Source: an uncultured Pseudomonadales bacterium
Lineage (GTDB): Bacteria > Patescibacteriota > Microgenomatia > UBA1400 > PJMF01
DNA length: 36,668 nt
Assembly: GCA_964423285.1 (NCBI GenBank)
Contig: CAYREI010000002.1
Location: 11,753 to 48,420 of the forward strand
Direction: 5' to 3'
In this document: positions 1 to 8,267 of the stretch, piece after piece
How the letters are laid out: each line of letters starts with the position of its first letter
Numbering within the stretch: position 1 is the stretch's first letter
Made by a program: the position numbers and the translations under genes
The notes under the pieces: generated by a model
What the model was told of the DNA's origin: nothing
The model's database searches: none
Seen by the model: the letters and a program-made list of their open reading frames with translations, nothing else

Positions 1-333
1 GGCGTAACATTGCATGAAGCCATTAAAGCCTACAAGCAACTTCGAAAAAATAAGATCAACATTAGGATAGTTGATCTTTATAGTATTAAGCCTTTAGATC
101 TTAAAACTTTAGAAAAAGCAGCTAAAGAAACTAAAGCGTTAATTACAGTTGAAGACCATTATCAGTTTGGAGGAATTGGGGAGTCAGTCAAATCTGCTTT
201 AGTTAATCAGAGTACTCCAGTCTATACTTTATTTGTTGATCAGCAACCAAACAGCGGTCAGCCTGCTGAGTTATTAGCACGCGAGAAAATAGATGCAGCA
301 GCGATTGTGGAATTAGTCAATAAACTAAAGTAA
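1..333 (+). CDS. tkt: Transketolase, C-terminal domain (5' end outside window)
   Basis: Frame open from base 1 (GVTLHEA...); motifs RIVDLYSIKPLD, ITVEDHY..GGIG, SG.PAELL...IDA of the transketolase C-terminal domain. Confidence 0.85.
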   Translation, partial: GVTLHEAIKAYKQLRKNKINIRIVDLYSIKPLDLKTLEKAAKETKALITVEDHYQFGGIGESVKSALVNQSTPVYTLFVDQQPNSGQPAELLAREKIDAAAIVELVNKLK

Positions 334-1929
334 ATCACGATAGACTTTGTAATAACTTCCTGGATTCTTTTTTGGATTAATTTTTGTTTTCCAAACAGTA
401 TAGTTTTGAGATTGATAAATCTTTTTTGGATAATCAACTAGATAATTTCTATTTTTTGTGAATCTATTTAAACAACTTTCATTAATACGTTCAGATAACA
501 CTCTATGATCGCAAATAAAATATAGATCATTGATTTTTCTTATTAATGGAGAATGACTGACGCCAATACTAGTTAGTTTGATGAGTTTTTGATCAAATAA
601 TTTTTCTAGATAAAACCAAATTCCGCTAGTTGCCCAGCCATCGAAAGGTAGATTTTCTATAGTGCTAAGTGAAGCAATTCCAAAATTGATTGGTTGTTTT
701 TTGTCTTGATTATTTTTAATGCTATCGCGGTAGATGAGTTTAGCTATTTTATAGTTTTGTTGCCTAAATGATTCTGCTGGAGTGTTAAAAAATAATAAAT
801 GATTAGTTGGAATATAAAGGAAATAAAGAATCCACCCCACTATAATCAAACCAAAAAGTTTATTAATAGAAATTAATTGTCTTAATCCTAGTGAAAGTAA
901 TATTAAAAAAAATGGTAGAGAACTGAGAAGATAAGTGTTGGCAATACGTCCCGAGAATAATACTGCAAGTAAAGTTGAAAAAGAAAAACTACAAATGATA
1001 GCCCAATTGATTATTCCTGATCGAGAATATTTCTTTTTTAACCAAAAAAATGACAATATTGTAAAAAATATGATAAATAGGATTGCCCAGAATAAAGAAA
1101 AACTTGGTATAAAGCTATTTGTTAATTCTGTTAAAAGTTGATTTATTTTTTCTAAAAATGAAATATTTGATTTCGTAAAATTGGTTGTAAAAAAAAGAAT
1201 TTGATCAAACACTTTCTTTCTATAAGTAGTAATTATCCATGAAAAAATTAGTCCAACGGCCGTTATTATTGGTAGAAAAATATTTTTGATTGATATTTTT
1301 TCCTCCAAAATTTCGCTCCAGAAATAGGAAATCCAGAAGCATCCCGCTGGAAAAATTATTAACACTCCATAGTGGATGTGCAATGGAAATAATAATAAGA
1401 AAATCATAAGTAAAATAAAAATTATGCTTTTTTTTTCTTTATTTTTTAACAAAATCCATAAAAATAACAATGAAAATACTGGCAGTAGGTGAGGTTGCAA
1501 AAGTTGTCTGCTTTGATAGATTAGTTGGTTATTTATTGCAAAGACTATACTAGTAATAATGCCACTAGTTTCATCACCTAGTTTTTTACCTATTAAATAA
1601 GCTAGTAAAATTTGCCCAGCTAATATAGTTGCCCATAAATACATAAAGGAGGTAGGATTTGATGCTAATGCCCATAGCATTGCAATCAAATAGTAATAAA
1701 CTGGAGAATTTTTAAGTTGACCAAGGCCTCCCGCAGCTAATGGTCCTCGATTAATTGACTCTTTATATTTGTAGATGTGTTCTGCCACCAACATGTCGCG
1801 GCTTTCATCATATCCAGATTGACTCCAAACTTGATCGGGTAAGTTGTAGAATCTAAGCCAGAGGCCGATTGCCATAACTATTGATAAAAAGAATTGGAAT
1901 CGATATTTAATAATTATTTTTTTAATCAT
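325..1929 (-). CDS. GT-C fold membrane glycosyltransferase (ArnT/PMT-like)
   Basis: LRF after first TM helix, YDESRD acidic loop, GP...PVYYYL, many TM helices. Start moved from 2013 to ATG 1929, which removes the overlap with the divergent gene and follows TATAAT at 1944-1939. Confidence 0.75.
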   Translation of the reverse strand: MIKKIIIKYRFQFFLSIVMAIGLWLRFYNLPDQVWSQSGYDESRDMLVAEHIYKYKESINRGPLAAGGLGQLKNSPVYYYLIAMLWALASNPTSFMYLWATILAGQILLAYLIGKKLGDETSGIITSIVFAINNQLIYQSRQLLQPHLLPVFSLLFLWILLKNKEKKSIIFILLMIFLLLFPLHIHYGVLIIFPAGCFWISYFWSEILEEKISIKNIFLPIITAVGLIFSWIITTYRKKVFDQILFFTTNFTKSNISFLEKINQLLTELTNSFIPSFSLFWAILFIIFFTILSFFWLKKKYSRSGIINWAIICSFSFSTLLAVLFSGRIANTYLLSSLPFFLILLSLGLRQLISINKLFGLIIVGWILYFLYIPTNHLLFFNTPAESFRQQNYKIAKLIYRDSIKNNQDKKQPINFGIASLSTIENLPFDGWATSGIWFYLEKLFDQKLIKLTSIGVSHSPLIRKINDLYFICDHRVLSERINESCLNRFTKNRNYLVDYPKKIYQSQNYTVWKTKINPKKNPGSYYKVYRDLL

Positions 1930-1977
1930 AATAATATTATTATAGAGAAAATCTCGACTTTGTTTTAGAATGATTTT

Positions 1978-2847
1978 ATGCCTGATAAATTTACCGCGAC
2001 TTGGGTTTCTCATAGTTCAATTAGTGATTTTTTGAAATGTCCCCGAGCTTATTATTTAAATAATGTATATAAAAGCCAGGAGACAGGACGAAAAATACAA
2101 CTCATGAGCGCTCCTTTAGCATTGGGAGCGGCAGTGCATGAGGTTATTGAAGCTCTATCTATTATTCCTACTCAGGAAAGATTTAAAAAATCGTTGGTAG
2201 AGAAGCTCAATGATGTTTGGCATAAATATCATGGTAAAAAGGGTGGTTTTAGCAGTGAAGAGCATGAGAGAAAATATAAAAAAAGAGGTGAGGAAATGCT
2301 ATTGAAGGTCATGAATAATCCCGGTCCTTTGAAAAATCTAGCAATTAAAATTAAAGAAGATTTACCTCAATATTGGTTATCTGAAGACGATAATATTATT
2401 TTGTGTGGAAAAGTTGATTGGCTAGAGTATTTACCTGATTTAGATGGAGTCCATATTATTGATTTTAAAACTGGTAAAAAAGAAGAGGCAAACGGATCAC
2501 TTCAGTTACCAATTTATCATCTCTTAGTTCACAATACCCAACATAGAAAAGTAATTAAGGCCAGCTATTGGTATATAGACCTTCACGACAAACCAGTTGA
2601 GCAAAAATTACCAGATTTAATTAAGGCTCATGAACAGGTTTTAGAAATTTCTAAAAAGATTAAATTAGCTCGTAAATTAGAAATATTTAAATGTCCTCAG
2701 GGTGATGGAGGATGTCAATTTTGCAAACCATTTGAAAAAGTGATAGCAGGAGAAGCAGAAAAAGTAGGAGTTAATGATTACAATCAGGATGTCTATGTGC
2801 TGATTAACAATGAAGAAACAAAAAAAAATCAGAGTGTAGTTTTATAG
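1978..2847 (+). CDS. PD-(D/E)XK nuclease, RecB/AddB/Cas4-like, probable Fe-S staple
   Basis: SHS..S.F..CPR, G.AVH, GKVD, IIDFKTG, QL.IY motifs; C-terminal CPQGDGGCQFC plus N-terminal Cys. Confidence 0.85.
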   Translation: MPDKFTATWVSHSSISDFLKCPRAYYLNNVYKSQETGRKIQLMSAPLALGAAVHEVIEALSIIPTQERFKKSLVEKLNDVWHKYHGKKGGFSSEEHERKYKKRGEEMLLKVMNNPGPLKNLAIKIKEDLPQYWLSEDDNIILCGKVDWLEYLPDLDGVHIIDFKTGKKEEANGSLQLPIYHLLVHNTQHRKVIKASYWYIDLHDKPVEQKLPDLIKAHEQVLEISKKIKLARKLEIFKCPQGDGGCQFCKPFEKVIAGEAEKVGVNDYNQDVYVLINNEETKKNQSVVL

Positions 2848-4007
2848 TTAATTTTTTTATCTACAATTAATAAAATTAGGCCTATTGTCATGACTGCTGC
2901 TGCAGTTAAGCCTAAGCTTCCAGGGAAGAAATTTTGAATTAAGAAACCACCTGCTAGTGGACCAATAATCTGAGATATACTTCCTAGCGATTGAGTGATC
3001 CCCATAATTTCACCCTGTTTATTTGCTGGTGCCTGACGAGAAATATGAGAGGTTAGGCTTGGTCTAAGTAAGCTAGCTCCAAATGAAAATAAGACTGTGA
3101 CGATGTTTAATAGATAACTCAGTTTTATCCAAGGAGTAAGAGCTAAAGCAAAAATTATAGCCATTGCACCAATAATACGAAGCTTTTCTTCATCAATAAC
3201 ATTCAATAATTTGGGTAGAATTAAGCTTCTAATAAGGATACTTACTCCACCAATAATGGCAAAGGTATAACCGATATCCTTAGCAGTAAAATTAAATTGT
3301 CTTTCAGCATAAAGAGCAAAGCTGCTAGCCCAAAGTCCGTGGGTAAGAACATAAAAGAAAAACTCCCAAATGGGCAGAGAAATTTTAGGTTCTGCAGTCA
3401 GCAGTTTAAATTGTTTGAATTTAAATATATCCCATGACCACACAAAATTAGTAGATTTAGTCACTGTTTCTGGTAGATAGAAATGGGTAGTAATAATAGT
3501 CAAACCCGCCATACCAGCAGCCAAAAAAGAGGGCAGAGCATAACTAAATTGAGAAAGATATCCTCCTATAGCCGGACCAATAAAAAACCCAATACTAAAA
3601 GCAATCCCAGTAAGACTAAAAATTTTAGTTCGATCTTTCTTTGGTGTGATATCGCTCAGATATGCTTGGGCTATAGTAGCGTTGCTTCCAAGTAAGCCAT
3701 CAACGATTCTAGATAGGAATAGCATCCATAGGCTATTAGCAAAACCTAAAATTAGAAAGCTGATGAGCGTAGATAGTTGAGACAGCATTAGAAGTGGTTT
3801 TCTTCCATACGTGTCACTAAGTTTTCCCATAATAGGAGCAGAAAGAAATTGAAATAGAGAAAAAGTCATTAATACCGATCCAACTTGAAATGGAGAAGCA
3901 CCCAGGGTTTGGGCATAGAAAGGTAAAAAAGGTAGAATTAGTGAAAATCCTAAAACTTCGGTAATCTTAATTACTGAAATAATAGTGTATTCTCGGCGCC
4001 AGGTCAT
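2829..4007 (-). CDS. MFS transporter, DHA1 (TetA-like) family
   Basis: About 12 TM helices, motif A GKLSDTYGRK, motif C GFFIGPAIGG. Confidence 0.88.
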   Translation of the reverse strand: MTWRREYTIISVIKITEVLGFSLILPFLPFYAQTLGASPFQVGSVLMTFSLFQFLSAPIMGKLSDTYGRKPLLMLSQLSTLISFLILGFANSLWMLFLSRIVDGLLGSNATIAQAYLSDITPKKDRTKIFSLTGIAFSIGFFIGPAIGGYLSQFSYALPSFLAAGMAGLTIITTHFYLPETVTKSTNFVWSWDIFKFKQFKLLTAEPKISLPIWEFFFYVLTHGLWASSFALYAERQFNFTAKDIGYTFAIIGGVSILIRSLILPKLLNVIDEEKLRIIGAMAIIFALALTPWIKLSYLLNIVTVLFSFGASLLRPSLTSHISRQAPANKQGEIMGITQSLGSISQIIGPLAGGFLIQNFFPGSLGLTAAAVMTIGLILLIVDKKINYKTTL

Positions 4008-4037
4008 AAGGGTTTATTTTAACACTAAGAGCAATTA

Positions 4038-4051
4038 ATTCAGTACTGAAT
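4038..4051. promoter_or_regulatory. 14-bp perfect palindrome between dsbA and the MFS gene (operator or terminator)
   Basis: ATTCAGTACTGAAT, extendable with one bulge (AATTA 4033-4037 / TAATT 4053-4057). Confidence 0.35.
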
Positions 4052-4068
4052 CTAATTTAAATAATAAA

Positions 4069-4827
4069 CTAGAGATATTTTTTAATTATTTGTTCTATTT
4101 GAACTAATGGTAAAGCACCACTAATTAATTCATACTCTCCGTCTGCTGTCATTAAAATAGTACCGGGAGTACCAGAAATTCCAGCTGCAGCGCCACCGTC
4201 AAATTGAGAAGCGACTATCTCAGTCATCTCCCCACTTTCAAGACAATTTTTAACAGTATCTATATTAGCGTTACTAGCCTTGATACCTGCATTAATAGCC
4301 TCAGGACTAAGTTTCCCACCTAATTTTTCATTTTGTGCGAAAATTTCATTTGTGTATTTCCAGAAAGCGTCGTTACCATTCTGGCTAGCAACACATTCTG
4401 CAGCTTCAGCTGCCTGTTGGGCATTAGGATGAAAGCTAAGTGGATAGTGACGAAACACATAAGCTATTTGATCGCCATATTTTTCCACTATTTGTTTCAT
4501 TGTGGGGCGGAATCTTTGACAGAAAGGGCATTCATAATCTGAGTATTCAACTAAATAAATTTTGGGATTTTTAGCTCCTTGAATGTGATCACTTTCAGAG
4601 ATTTCAGGCATTTTATCTAAATTATTTTTTTCATCAATTACTCCAGCAACTTTTTCAGTGGGTTCTTCTTGGACTATGTGTTCATCTTCCTTTATAGCTT
4701 TATTTTCCATCCAAAGAGTACCGATAAAAAATCCGCCGATAGAAAAAATTACTGCTACAAAAATTATTCCAAAATTGCTAATTAAAAATTGGATTGTGCT
4801 GTGGGGAGAGTATTTGCTATCTGTCAT
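4069..4827 (-). CDS. dsbA: Membrane-anchored DsbA/BdbD-family thiol-disulfide oxidoreductase
   Basis: N-terminal TM, YSDYECPFC, FRHYPL, cis-Pro loop GTPG; SD GAAAGGA at 4840-4834. Confidence 0.88.
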   Translation of the reverse strand: MTDSKYSPHSTIQFLISNFGIIFVAVIFSIGGFFIGTLWMENKAIKEDEHIVQEEPTEKVAGVIDEKNNLDKMPEISESDHIQGAKNPKIYLVEYSDYECPFCQRFRPTMKQIVEKYGDQIAYVFRHYPLSFHPNAQQAAEAAECVASQNGNDAFWKYTNEIFAQNEKLGGKLSPEAINAGIKASNANIDTVKNCLESGEMTEIVASQFDGGAAAGISGTPGTILMTADGEYELISGALPLVQIEQIIKKYL

Positions 4828-4846
4828 AAGAATTCCTTTCCGAGAA

Positions 4847-4863
4847 TACTACGGAGTGTAGTG
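4847..4863. promoter_or_regulatory. Putative BlaI-family operator over dsbA -10 box
   Basis: TACTAC-GGAGT-GTAGTG inverted repeat with 5-nt spacer. Confidence 0.7.
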
Positions 4864-4884
4864 TTTATTAACGATGATTGTCAA
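4855..4884 (-). promoter_or_regulatory. sigma70 promoter of dsbA
   Basis: TTGACA (4884-4879) - 18 nt - TACACT (4860-4855). Confidence 0.7.
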
Positions 4885-4902
4885 CTATTGGAAATAGTAA
4901 AT

Positions 4903-5241
4903 TTATTGCAATTCTTCTTTCAACGCTTGAATAGCTAAATCGCCAAAACTACTAATTAAATTTTGGATAGTACAGTGAGTGACTGTTTTTATAAATTGGT
5001 ATTTAGATTTTTTAGCTTCATAGTGATAACTACGTCCTTCTTTTTTTCTGGTTAAGATTTTTTTCTTTACTAAACGCTTCATAATTGTCATGACCGTGGT
5101 ATAAGCAAGTTTTTCTGATTTTTTTCGAGATTTATTTAGCTCTAACAAAACACATTTAACGCTCGGACAATTTTCAGCCCAAACAATCTCTAAAATTTTT
5201 TTCTCTAATGGACCCAAATAGCAACTTTTGTTAGTTAACAT
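4903..5241 (-). CDS. BlaI/MecI/CopY family transcriptional repressor
   Basis: LGPLE..ILE.VW, LAYTTVMT.MKRL..K.IL.R.K.GR.Y.Y winged helix. Start probably ATG 5241 (alternative 5250), not TTG 5277, which is the -35 box. Confidence 0.9.
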   Translation of the reverse strand: MLTNKSCYLGPLEKKILEIVWAENCPSVKCVLLELNKSRKKSEKLAYTTVMTIMKRLVKKKILTRKKEGRSYHYEAKKSKYQFIKTVTHCTIQNLISSFGDLAIQALKEELQ

Positions 5242-5257
5242 ACTAGACATTGTAGCC
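5241..5257. promoter_or_regulatory. Second, degenerate BlaI-type operator over the blaI -10 box (autoregulation)
   Basis: TACTAG-ACATT-GTAGCC, same register relative to the -10 hexamer as the dsbA site. Confidence 0.55.
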
Positions 5258-5277
5258 TTGTCGTAAAAACAGTACAA
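5249..5277 (-). promoter_or_regulatory. sigma70 promoter of blaI-like gene (likely leaderless)
   Basis: TTGTAC (5277-5272) - 17 nt - TACAAT (5254-5249) - 7 nt - ATG 5241. Confidence 0.6.
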
Positions 5278-5332
5278 GTTTTTAAAGAAGATACTTAACT
5301 CTCTTACCAGGCTATGTTAGAATGATCGTCTT

Positions 5333-5896
5333 ATGGTTGATGAACTGAATGAATTTAAAAGAGGTGATATTATTGTTAGATTTGGGGTCGTTCATAAAAT
5401 TCTTAAAGTTGAAAAAATTGAAAACGATGATGGTAAAAAGGACAAAATAATTCATTTTGAACCTGTCTATAAAACTCGAAGCAATGAAACTTTAAAACTT
5501 TCAATTCCCTTAAATAACATTGATAAAACTACTATTAGACTACCAGTTTTAAAAACTGTTCTTAATGATGAGTTGAAATTTTTACGTCAAGGGGAATATG
5601 AACGTACCCCATTTAATCAATTAAAGGTTAAGCGAATTATTAGTACTAATGAGCTTCATGATGTGACGCAGGTACTTAAAACTCTTTGGGAAGAAAAAAG
5701 AGATGAAGAAAGAAATTTTACTATTAGTAAACGAAATACTTTTAATATGGTAATGACGCGCTTTAAACAAGAGACAGCATATGTTTTGGGTATGGAATTA
5801 TTGGAAGCTGAAAAAAAAGTTGAATCTGCGCTTGACACTGGTTGGAATAGACAACTTAAGCTTCGTCAGAGTAAAAAATCGTCAAATAAAGATTAA
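5333..5896 (+). CDS. carD: CarD-like transcription factor (divergent)
   Basis: FKRGD.IV..G...I..VE, L.LSIP..N.....IR RNAP-interaction-domain pattern; helical C-domain V..VLK.LW...R.FT...R.......F..E.A.VL. Confidence 0.65.
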   Translation: MVDELNEFKRGDIIVRFGVVHKILKVEKIENDDGKKDKIIHFEPVYKTRSNETLKLSIPLNNIDKTTIRLPVLKTVLNDELKFLRQGEYERTPFNQLKVKRIISTNELHDVTQVLKTLWEEKRDEERNFTISKRNTFNMVMTRFKQETAYVLGMELLEAEKKVESALDTGWNRQLKLRQSKKSSNKD

Positions 5897-5941
5897 TTAC
5901 TACTCATTATCGTTTTTGCAATCGGGTGATAAACTAAATCA

Positions 5942-7198
5942 ATGAAATTCTTTAAAGCATTTCTACTTGCGACTACTTTTTTCTTCACTTCTAGTATTAA
6001 TGTGTCTGCTCGACAACAACCAGAACTGATAATTAACTTTTTTTATTCAGAAATTTGTCCTCATTGCGAACATGAAGCTCCTTTTATCGCGGCATTGGAT
6101 GAAAAATATGATCGAGTTGGATTACATGCTTTTGAAGTTTCAGGGAATAGAGCCAATGCAGTTTTATTGAAAATGGTAGGTGAAAAATTAGATATGCAGA
6201 TTAGGGGAGTACCTTTTACCCTCATTGGCACTAAAACTACTACGGGTTATTTGGATGATGAAAATACTGGTCAACAATTAGAGGAGCAGGTTAAACAATG
6301 TTTATCGGACTGGGATATTTCTTGTGAAGATCAGTTGGCTGAATTTTTAGAATTAGCGCCAGCTGAAGAAACACAACCAGCTACAATCGAAGAAGAACCA
6401 ACTGTGGCTGAAGCCAAAGAAGAGCCAGTTGTGGTTGAAGCTAAACCAAATAAGGAAATTACTTTACCATTATTCGGCAAACTTAACCCCGATAATCTAT
6501 CTTTACCAGTATTAACGTTCATGATTGCTTTACTAGATGGATTTAATCCCTGTGCTATGTGGACTCTAGTTTTTTTAATTGGTTTATTACTGGGGATGAA
6601 AGATCGAAAGAAAATGTGGATATTAGGAATTACCTTCATTCTTGCATCTGGGTTGGTTTATTTTTTATTTCTTTCTGCTTGGCTAAATTTATTTTTATTC
6701 CTGGGCATGGTTACTTGGGTAAGGATAACGATCGCTTTAGTGGCTTTGGGAGCCAGCATCTATAGTTTGCACGATTATATGACTAATAAAAACGCAGCCT
6801 GTAAAGTTACTGGGACTGAGAAACGTCAAAAAGTTTTTACCAGATTAAAAAAGTTAGTAGAGCAGAAGCATCTCTGGATAGCTTTGATAGGAATTATTCT
6901 TTTAGCATTTGCAGTTAATGTGGTGGAGTTATTTTGTAGCGCTGGATTGCCAGCTATTTATACCCAAATACTTTCACTTACTGAATTATCTAGTTTGCAG
7001 TACTATTCATATTTATTATTTTATATTGTTATTTTTATATTTGATGATTTAGCTGTATTTGTAATCGCGATGATAACTTTAAAAATGACCGGAATTGAAA
7101 GCAAATATTCTCACTTTTCTCGCTTAATCGGGGGTTTACTAATGTTGATTATTGGAGTTTTGTTACTTTTTAAACCTGAATGGTTAATGTTTGGTTAG
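5942..7198 (+). CDS. Exported thioredoxin/glutaredoxin domain fused to DsbD/CcdA-like transmembrane domain
   Basis: Signal peptide, FFYSEICPHC, RGVPF, then DGFNPCAM...VELFCSAGLP TM cysteine pair and about 6-7 TM helices. Confidence 0.85.
   Translation: MKFFKAFLLATTFFFTSSINVSARQQPELIINFFYSEICPHCEHEAPFIAALDEKYDRVGLHAFEVSGNRANAVLLKMVGEKLDMQIRGVPFTLIGTKTTTGYLDDENTGQQLEEQVKQCLSDWDISCEDQLAEFLELAPAEETQPATIEEEPTVAEAKEEPVVVEAKPNKEITLPLFGKLNPDNLSLPVLTFMIALLDGFNPCAMWTLVFLIGLLLGMKDRKKMWILGITFILASGLVYFLFLSAWLNLFLFLGMVTWVRITIALVALGASIYSLHDYMTNKNAACKVTGTEKRQKVFTRLKKLVEQKHLWIALIGIILLAFAVNVVELFCSAGLPAIYTQILSLTELSSLQYYSYLLFYIVIFIFDDLAVFVIAMITLKMTGIESKYSHFSRLIGGLLMLIIGVLLLFKPEWLMFG
6365..6445 (+). repeat. Imperfect 27-bp tandem repeat (about 3 units) coding an acidic linker
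   Basis: EETQPATIE / EEPTVAEAK / EEPVVVEAK; units 6392-6418 and 6419-6445 are closely similar. Confidence 0.6.
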
Positions 7199-7200
7199 TC

Positions 7201-7725
7201 CTATTTTATTTCAGGCAATACACCTAAAGAATCATTAAAACGATTAACAAAATTAAATAAACCAATCACGCTAGTGAGCTCAACTAATTCTTCATCATTA
7301 AATTCCGATTTAACTCTTGTCATAATTTCAGAACCGATATTATAAGCATGGTTTGTAGCAGCCTGGGCATATTCAATGGCGATTTTTTCTCTTTCATTGT
7401 AAGTTTGTTCTAGGTTTTGAACTTCATTTTTGGCTAAACCAAATCCCATTAATTGCATTTTAGAAACACTCACACAGAATTCGCATTTATTAAGCTCAGA
7501 TACATAATAGGCGATTTTCCATTTAAGTTGAGAATCAAGCGGGGCATCGTCCATAGTAGCTTGAAAAAGAGTAAAAAATCCAACCAAGACATCTTCACAG
7601 TTGGCCATAACTCTCATCCATTTGGGGACACTACCAGTTTTATTTTTAATCTGTTCAAAAATTTCTTTAGCCTGACCCCCGACCTCTTCGTCAGTAACTA
7701 GATGGACTAATGGTTGATTTGTCAT
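7201..7725 (-). CDS. AhpD/carboxymuconolactone decarboxylase-like alkylhydroperoxidase
   Basis: IA..VS.LNKCEFC CxxC, F.DEELVEL...IG.FNF.NR.ND.LG; start moved to ATG 7725 behind SD GGAGAG. Confidence 0.82.
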   Translation of the reverse strand: MTNQPLVHLVTDEEVGGQAKEIFEQIKNKTGSVPKWMRVMANCEDVLVGFFTLFQATMDDAPLDSQLKWKIAYYVSELNKCEFCVSVSKMQLMGFGLAKNEVQNLEQTYNEREKIAIEYAQAATNHAYNIGSEIMTRVKSEFNDEELVELTSVIGLFNFVNRFNDSLGVLPEIK

Positions 7726-7779
7726 AAAATTTCTCTCCAGCTGCTTTATGTATCTCAACATATAGCATAAAATACAGTT

Positions 7780-8214
7780 ATGCAAAAAGATACTTCATTT
7801 GGTTTGGTGCCCATGTATAGAGATGGTGATAAAATTGAATTTTTATTGACCCAGCATATTTTAGGTCATTGGGCTTTCCCCAAGGGTCATGCAGAGAAAG
7901 AGGAGTCTCCTCTAGAAACCGCTCAGCGTGAATTTGAAGAAGAAACTGGCATCATGCAGTATCGGGTCGATGAGTCGATAATTTTTCAAGAAGAGTATTA
8001 TCCGCAGCAGGATGGTCAGACTTTACACAAAACTGTGACATATTATCCAGCTTGGGTGGGTGATAAAAAGGTCAAGACTCAAGAGTCAGAAGTGGCTGAT
8101 TACGGCTGGTTTGAGTATAAGCAGGCAATGAAAAAAATTACTTTTTCAGGAAGTAAAAAAATATTAAGAGAAGTGAAAAAATATCTTTTTAGTTCAATCC
8201 CCGCAAGCCAGTAA
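7780..8214 (+). CDS. Nudix hydrolase, Ap4A hydrolase-like
   Basis: GHW.FPKGHAEKEESPLETAQREFEEETGI Nudix box, K.V.YY. Confidence 0.88.
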   Translation: MQKDTSFGLVPMYRDGDKIEFLLTQHILGHWAFPKGHAEKEESPLETAQREFEEETGIMQYRVDESIIFQEEYYPQQDGQTLHKTVTYYPAWVGDKKVKTQESEVADYGWFEYKQAMKKITFSGSKKILREVKKYLFSSIPASQ

Positions 8215-8267
8215 TTCACCTACGATCAAAAATAATTTTTTCACAAGATTATGATAGCATGAGAGCT

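Noticed and set aside
1978-2847. Cas4 / CRISPR system
   Set aside because: No repeat-spacer array or other cas genes in the window; RecB-like solo nucleases are common
2829-4007. Acquired tetracycline resistance gene
   Set aside because: Only family-level similarity to TetA; no tetR or mobile context, and composition matches the flanks
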